A DNA stretch of 64,000 bases from NCBI GenBank assembly GCA_963663165.1, contig OY760175.1:1824001-1888000 (forward strand), given 5' to 3'. A program made the position numbers and the translations under genes. How positions within the stretch are numbered: the stretch's first letter is position 1; each line of letters opens with the position of its first letter. The notes beneath the pieces were generated by a model. It was given only the letters and a program-made list of their open reading frames with translations. It was not told the DNA's origin and ran no database searches. Origin of the DNA: an uncultured Desulfospira sp. (GTDB taxonomy: Bacteria; Desulfobacterota; Desulfobacteria; Desulfobacterales; Desulfobacteraceae). Below are positions 61,151 to 64,000 of this stretch, in pieces.

Positions 61151-62142
61151 ATCGGGTAGCCGGGGGTAGTTATCTACCCCAGGCCCCCTCAGAACCGTAC
61201 GTGACAGTTTCCCGTCATACGGCTCAAGCATTTCTAAGGCTAAGCCTTGCGGGGCCGCCCGGTTGTTTGAGCAATAATGAAATTTACAGTCATTTCATAG
61301 CATGCGTCCTTGGGCATCGGCCAGGAAGTACTGTTTTTTTTCCTGGTCAAAGACATACGTCCTTTGAAAATGCCTTGGATGTAAATGCCGTACGCTCCTT
61401 TAACAACCTTTGCGATACGCATCTACAGTCTTTTAGCAGCATAAAGCTGCTGATGGGCGCACCAGCTAATGCCGTCATTTGCTTTCCCATCTTAAAAGAT
61501 TCTCTAAACTCTCTCGCAAAGAAACACCTGCCCGGGTGTGTCTGTAGTCACACCCACCGGACGTCAGCTTCCTTTCGGACCGGGTAATATCGGGGTTTTC
61601 TCCTCAACCCGTATCCACCTCATTACGAGATGGCCTTCGCTTTTTTCCTGCATCTTACGCCCGCACCCCCATCAGTGTGCCTTGCGGTTTCACCTGCCGA
61701 ATGTTCCCGGCGAAGATACGGGGTTTCCACGTTCCACATTATTGCCGATTAATGGATGACTTAGGCCTGCCCACTGCACCGGCGGCGCAACATCTCCGTG
61801 CAGGCAGTTCCGACACCTGCATCCTGACCGCTCACCTTTTGGTCCAAGCTTACCAGCCTCTTTAGCTTGTTCTCCCTGACGACGCTTAAGGAACATTCAA
61901 TTAATTTGACCATATCATCCAAACCCTCGCCCTCACCCGGATTGAGGCTTCCAGGAGGGTATCCGCCTCACGGCTTCCACCCCTTCCGCAACTGCGGAAT
62001 TCGGTACTTTGTCGGTTGGGCTTCACACCGTTGCCGGATGCACCGACCACCGCATGCCACCTGGGTACCGGCAGGAGAATGCCGGGTTTGGTCAGGACCG
62101 ACAGGCCTGCCAAACAGCCAATAATGCGACCTCGTGTCGCAC
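61151..62142 (-). mobile_element. Group II intron copy 4, ORF-less, uninterrupted (992 nt)
   Basis: GTGCG at 62142, DV/DVI intact, CTACCCGAT at 61151; only decayed traces of the RT ORF. Confidence 0.92.
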
Positions 62143-62269
62143 CGAGAACGGGGAGCTGAGCCGACCGGGGCATACAGCCGAGCAGGTTGTCGAAGCCAAG
62201 TTTTTTCGAAAACCAGGAGCTTCCGAAAAGCCGCGAGCCCCCCGGGTCGGCTGCAGCGTTTTTTTGTGC
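62143..62269 (-). other. attC site G (R'' mutated to GCACAAA)
   Basis: Homologue of attC D; ...GCTCCCC-GTTCTCG|intron. Confidence 0.82.
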
Positions 62270-62274
62270 CAATA

Positions 62275-62604
62275 TTATTGACTGAGACGAGAACTGACGA
62301 GCCTATTTATACTTACCCCTGATTCTGCTGCTTGGATCGCCAAACTTCTATGAACTTCCGGTGGAACACGAACCATAAATTTACCACTATAATTTTTTGA
62401 AACGATTGGCTGTGGAATTCTTTCATCATTGTCTTTCATATCTTGAATGACCGATTCCACCGTTTTACGAATACCTTTTAATGCTGATTCAGGAGATTTG
62501 GCCAGCCAGCTTAAGCTTGGGAATTCCGCACATAAGCCGATATATTCTTCGTCTTCAGGAGACCAAGTAACCCTATATGTATAATGATCATTTAGTAGTG
62601 TCAC
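62275..62604 (-). CDS. hicB: HicB-family antitoxin
   Basis: YTYRVTWS.ED..Y.G.C.EFPSLS, YSGKF.VR.P..VHR.LA..A...GVS.N. Confidence 0.9.
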   Translation of the reverse strand: MTLLNDHYTYRVTWSPEDEEYIGLCAEFPSLSWLAKSPESALKGIRKTVESVIQDMKDNDERIPQPIVSKNYSGKFMVRVPPEVHRSLAIQAAESGVSINRLVSSRLSQ

Positions 62605-62848
62605 TTTCTTCCTCCAATCTTTCAATAGCCTTGATCACTTGCTTAACTTGATAGGCTTTTGCTTTTCCTTTACTGTTTTGAATATTTACCCGAGGGTCAC
62701 CTTGCCATGGTGTTTTATATATTCGATGACTGCTACCAGATTGGCGAGCCTTTCCAAAATAATGTTCACAGACCCTGCATAAATCTGTAAATTTTACATT
62801 GGTTGGATTTTTATAAATCTCATTTAATAGCTTTTCAATTTGGCCCAT
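62588..62848 (-). CDS. hicA: HicA-like toxin
   Basis: F.DL..VC..YFG..RQ...SH..YKTPW.GDPRVNIQ...G.AK.YQVKQV. Confidence 0.85.
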   Translation of the reverse strand: MGQIEKLLNEIYKNPTNVKFTDLCRVCEHYFGKARQSGSSHRIYKTPWQGDPRVNIQNSKGKAKAYQVKQVIKAIERLEEESDTTK

Positions 62849-62849
62849 G

Positions 62850-62884
62850 TTTATATGATACTAATATTGATACTATTGTCAACG
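62850..62884 (-). promoter_or_regulatory. Cassette-internal sigma70 promoter/operator of hicAB
   Basis: TTGACA-16 nt-TATCAT, overlapping repeated TAGTATCA boxes. Confidence 0.6.
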
Positions 62885-62895
62885 GTGTTTTTAGG

Positions 62896-64000
62896 ATCGG
62901 GTAGGTCGGGGGCTTTACAGCCCCTTTCCCCCCTCAGAACCGTACGTGACAGTTTCCCGTCATACGGCTCAAGCATTTCTAAGGCTGAGCCTTGCGGGGC
63001 CGCCCGGCTGTTTTCTCTTGCCAATGCTGAAATTTACAGTTATTTCATTACATATTTTCTCGGCCGCTGTGACAGGGATCACCTTTGGTTTCACCCGTCT
63101 TGCCCAGTGGATTTTATCCATGAAGGCCTGCACATTTTTCCTGGATGGTTTAATGAGCAGTTTGCCGTCATACTTACGAACGTTTTGGCCCAGAAAATCG
63201 AATCCCCGGTCAATTCGGGTAATCAGGGTCTTTTCTTCAGACAGGGATAGATCCCGTTCCGAGAGAAATCTGATTATGGCCGGTTTGACCTTGTCTTCAA
63301 GAAGTTCCCGGGTTGCACCGGTAATAATGAAATCATCAGCATACCGGATGACGTTGATTTTGGAACTGATGTCCTTACCGTTGCGTCTGTCCCTGACAGG
63401 GGCAACAGATCCGGCAGTCCCTTCAATGCCGTCCAGAACCATGTTGGCCAGTGTGGGAGAGGCAATGCCGCCTTGCGGCGTTCCCCGGCCTGTTGGAAAG
63501 AATTTACCGTCCTCCATAAACCCGGAAGCCAGCCATTTGGTAAGGATCATCTTATCCATAGGGATATGGTCGATCATCCAGTCATGGCTGATTTCATCAA
63601 AGCAGGCTTTAATATCCGCTTCAAGTATCCAGACCGGCGAGGTTTTCTTGGCCAGTGTATTAAAGCATTGGGATATGGCGTCCGCACATCGCCTGTATGA
63701 CCTGAATCCGTATGAATTGTGGTCGGCCAGTGTTTCTGCTATCGGCTCCAATGCCAGTTTATACAATGCCTGAACAGCCCTGTCGATCATTGTGGGAATA
63801 CTTAACGGACGTTTCTTGCCGTTCTTTTTGGGAATATAGATCCGCCTGAGCGGTGATGGCTGGTATCCTCTCCGTTTGAGGTTGCCTGCTGCCTGGAATT
63901 TCTGCCTGGCGGTTTTCCAGGTGACGTTGTCGACACCCGGAGTGCGTTTCCCTTTATTGGAGGTCACGCGTTTTACAGCTAACAGCTTTGCCTGGTAAGA
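62896..64000 (-). mobile_element. Group II intron copy 5 (5' end beyond the window)
   Basis: 3' CTACCCGAT at 62896; near-identical to copy 1. Confidence 0.92.
62969..64000 (-). CDS. Intron RT, RT0-RT7 intact but maturase X domain truncated (partial at the window edge)
   Basis: RPLSIPT..DR, SYGFR, GTPQGG..SP, RYADD, FDFLG; RT-like sequence ends after KPSRKNV. Confidence 0.8.
   Translation of the reverse strand, partial: SYQAKLLAVKRVTSNKGKRTPGVDNVTWKTARQKFQAAGNLKRRGYQPSPLRRIYIPKKNGKKRPLSIPTMIDRAVQALYKLALEPIAETLADHNSYGFRSYRRCADAISQCFNTLAKKTSPVWILEADIKACFDEISHDWMIDHIPMDKMILTKWLASGFMEDGKFFPTGRGTPQGGIASPTLANMVLDGIEGTAGSVAPVRDRRNGKDISSKINVIRYADDFIITGATRELLEDKVKPAIIRFLSERDLSLSEEKTLITRIDRGFDFLGQNVRKYDGKLLIKPSRKNVQAFMDKIHWARRVKPKVIPVTAAEKICNEITVNFSIGKRKQPGGPARLSLRNA

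Noticed and set aside
54972..62322. Recurring small ORFs (MFSLTT..., MTVSRHTAQ..., MSVVTPTG...)
   Set aside because: They are frames read across conserved intron RNA, not proteins
37332..64000. Calling the introns classical IIC-attC introns
   Set aside because: They lie in cassette orientation at the R' box rather than in the bottom strand near R'', have a long 5' region with an EBS2 candidate, and have a CL-like RT N-terminus
62969..64000. RT as a retron, DGR or defence RT
   Set aside because: It is embedded in a group II ribozyme with DV/DVI, and no TR/VR pair or msr-msd was seen
36000..64000. Integron integrase gene or attI
   Set aside because: No tyrosine recombinase ORF is in the window; array polarity predicts it would lie beyond 64000, if it exists

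Overview
The window has two parts. Positions 1-36 kb are ordinary chromosome of what looks like a deltaproteobacterial (Desulfobacteraceae-like; inferred from gene content only) anaerobe. They hold a CdaA-YbbR fusion, RecD2, an acyl-CoA ligase, a divergent GlpX-like protein, 2-oxoacid:ferredoxin oxidoreductase, a hybrid kinase/CheR/CheB cluster, aqpZ, an acidic GH18 chitinase, two MITEs and several small repeat families. Positions 37-64 kb are a minus-strand integron-type cassette array: 7 attC sites, 5 toxin-antitoxin cassettes, one ORF-less cassette, and no intI in view. The main observation is that five copies of a CL-like (IIB-type) group II intron sit in the cassette-coding orientation; the four copies with a visible 5' end are inserted in or at the end of the attC R' box. 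Their predicted EBS2 (GGGAG) and EBS1 (CnnAAC) are complementary to the attC arm CTCCC-C-GTTnnG, and this pairing matches which of the 7 attC sites are occupied. This differs from the known IIC-attC introns, which insert in the bottom strand. Three copies are about 1-kb ORF-less ribozymes, and two of these carry nested transposons in domain IV. A second intron lineage appears to target GTT|. Element ends and target-site duplications were read directly from the sequence. Protein family names come from motif recognition, not database searches.
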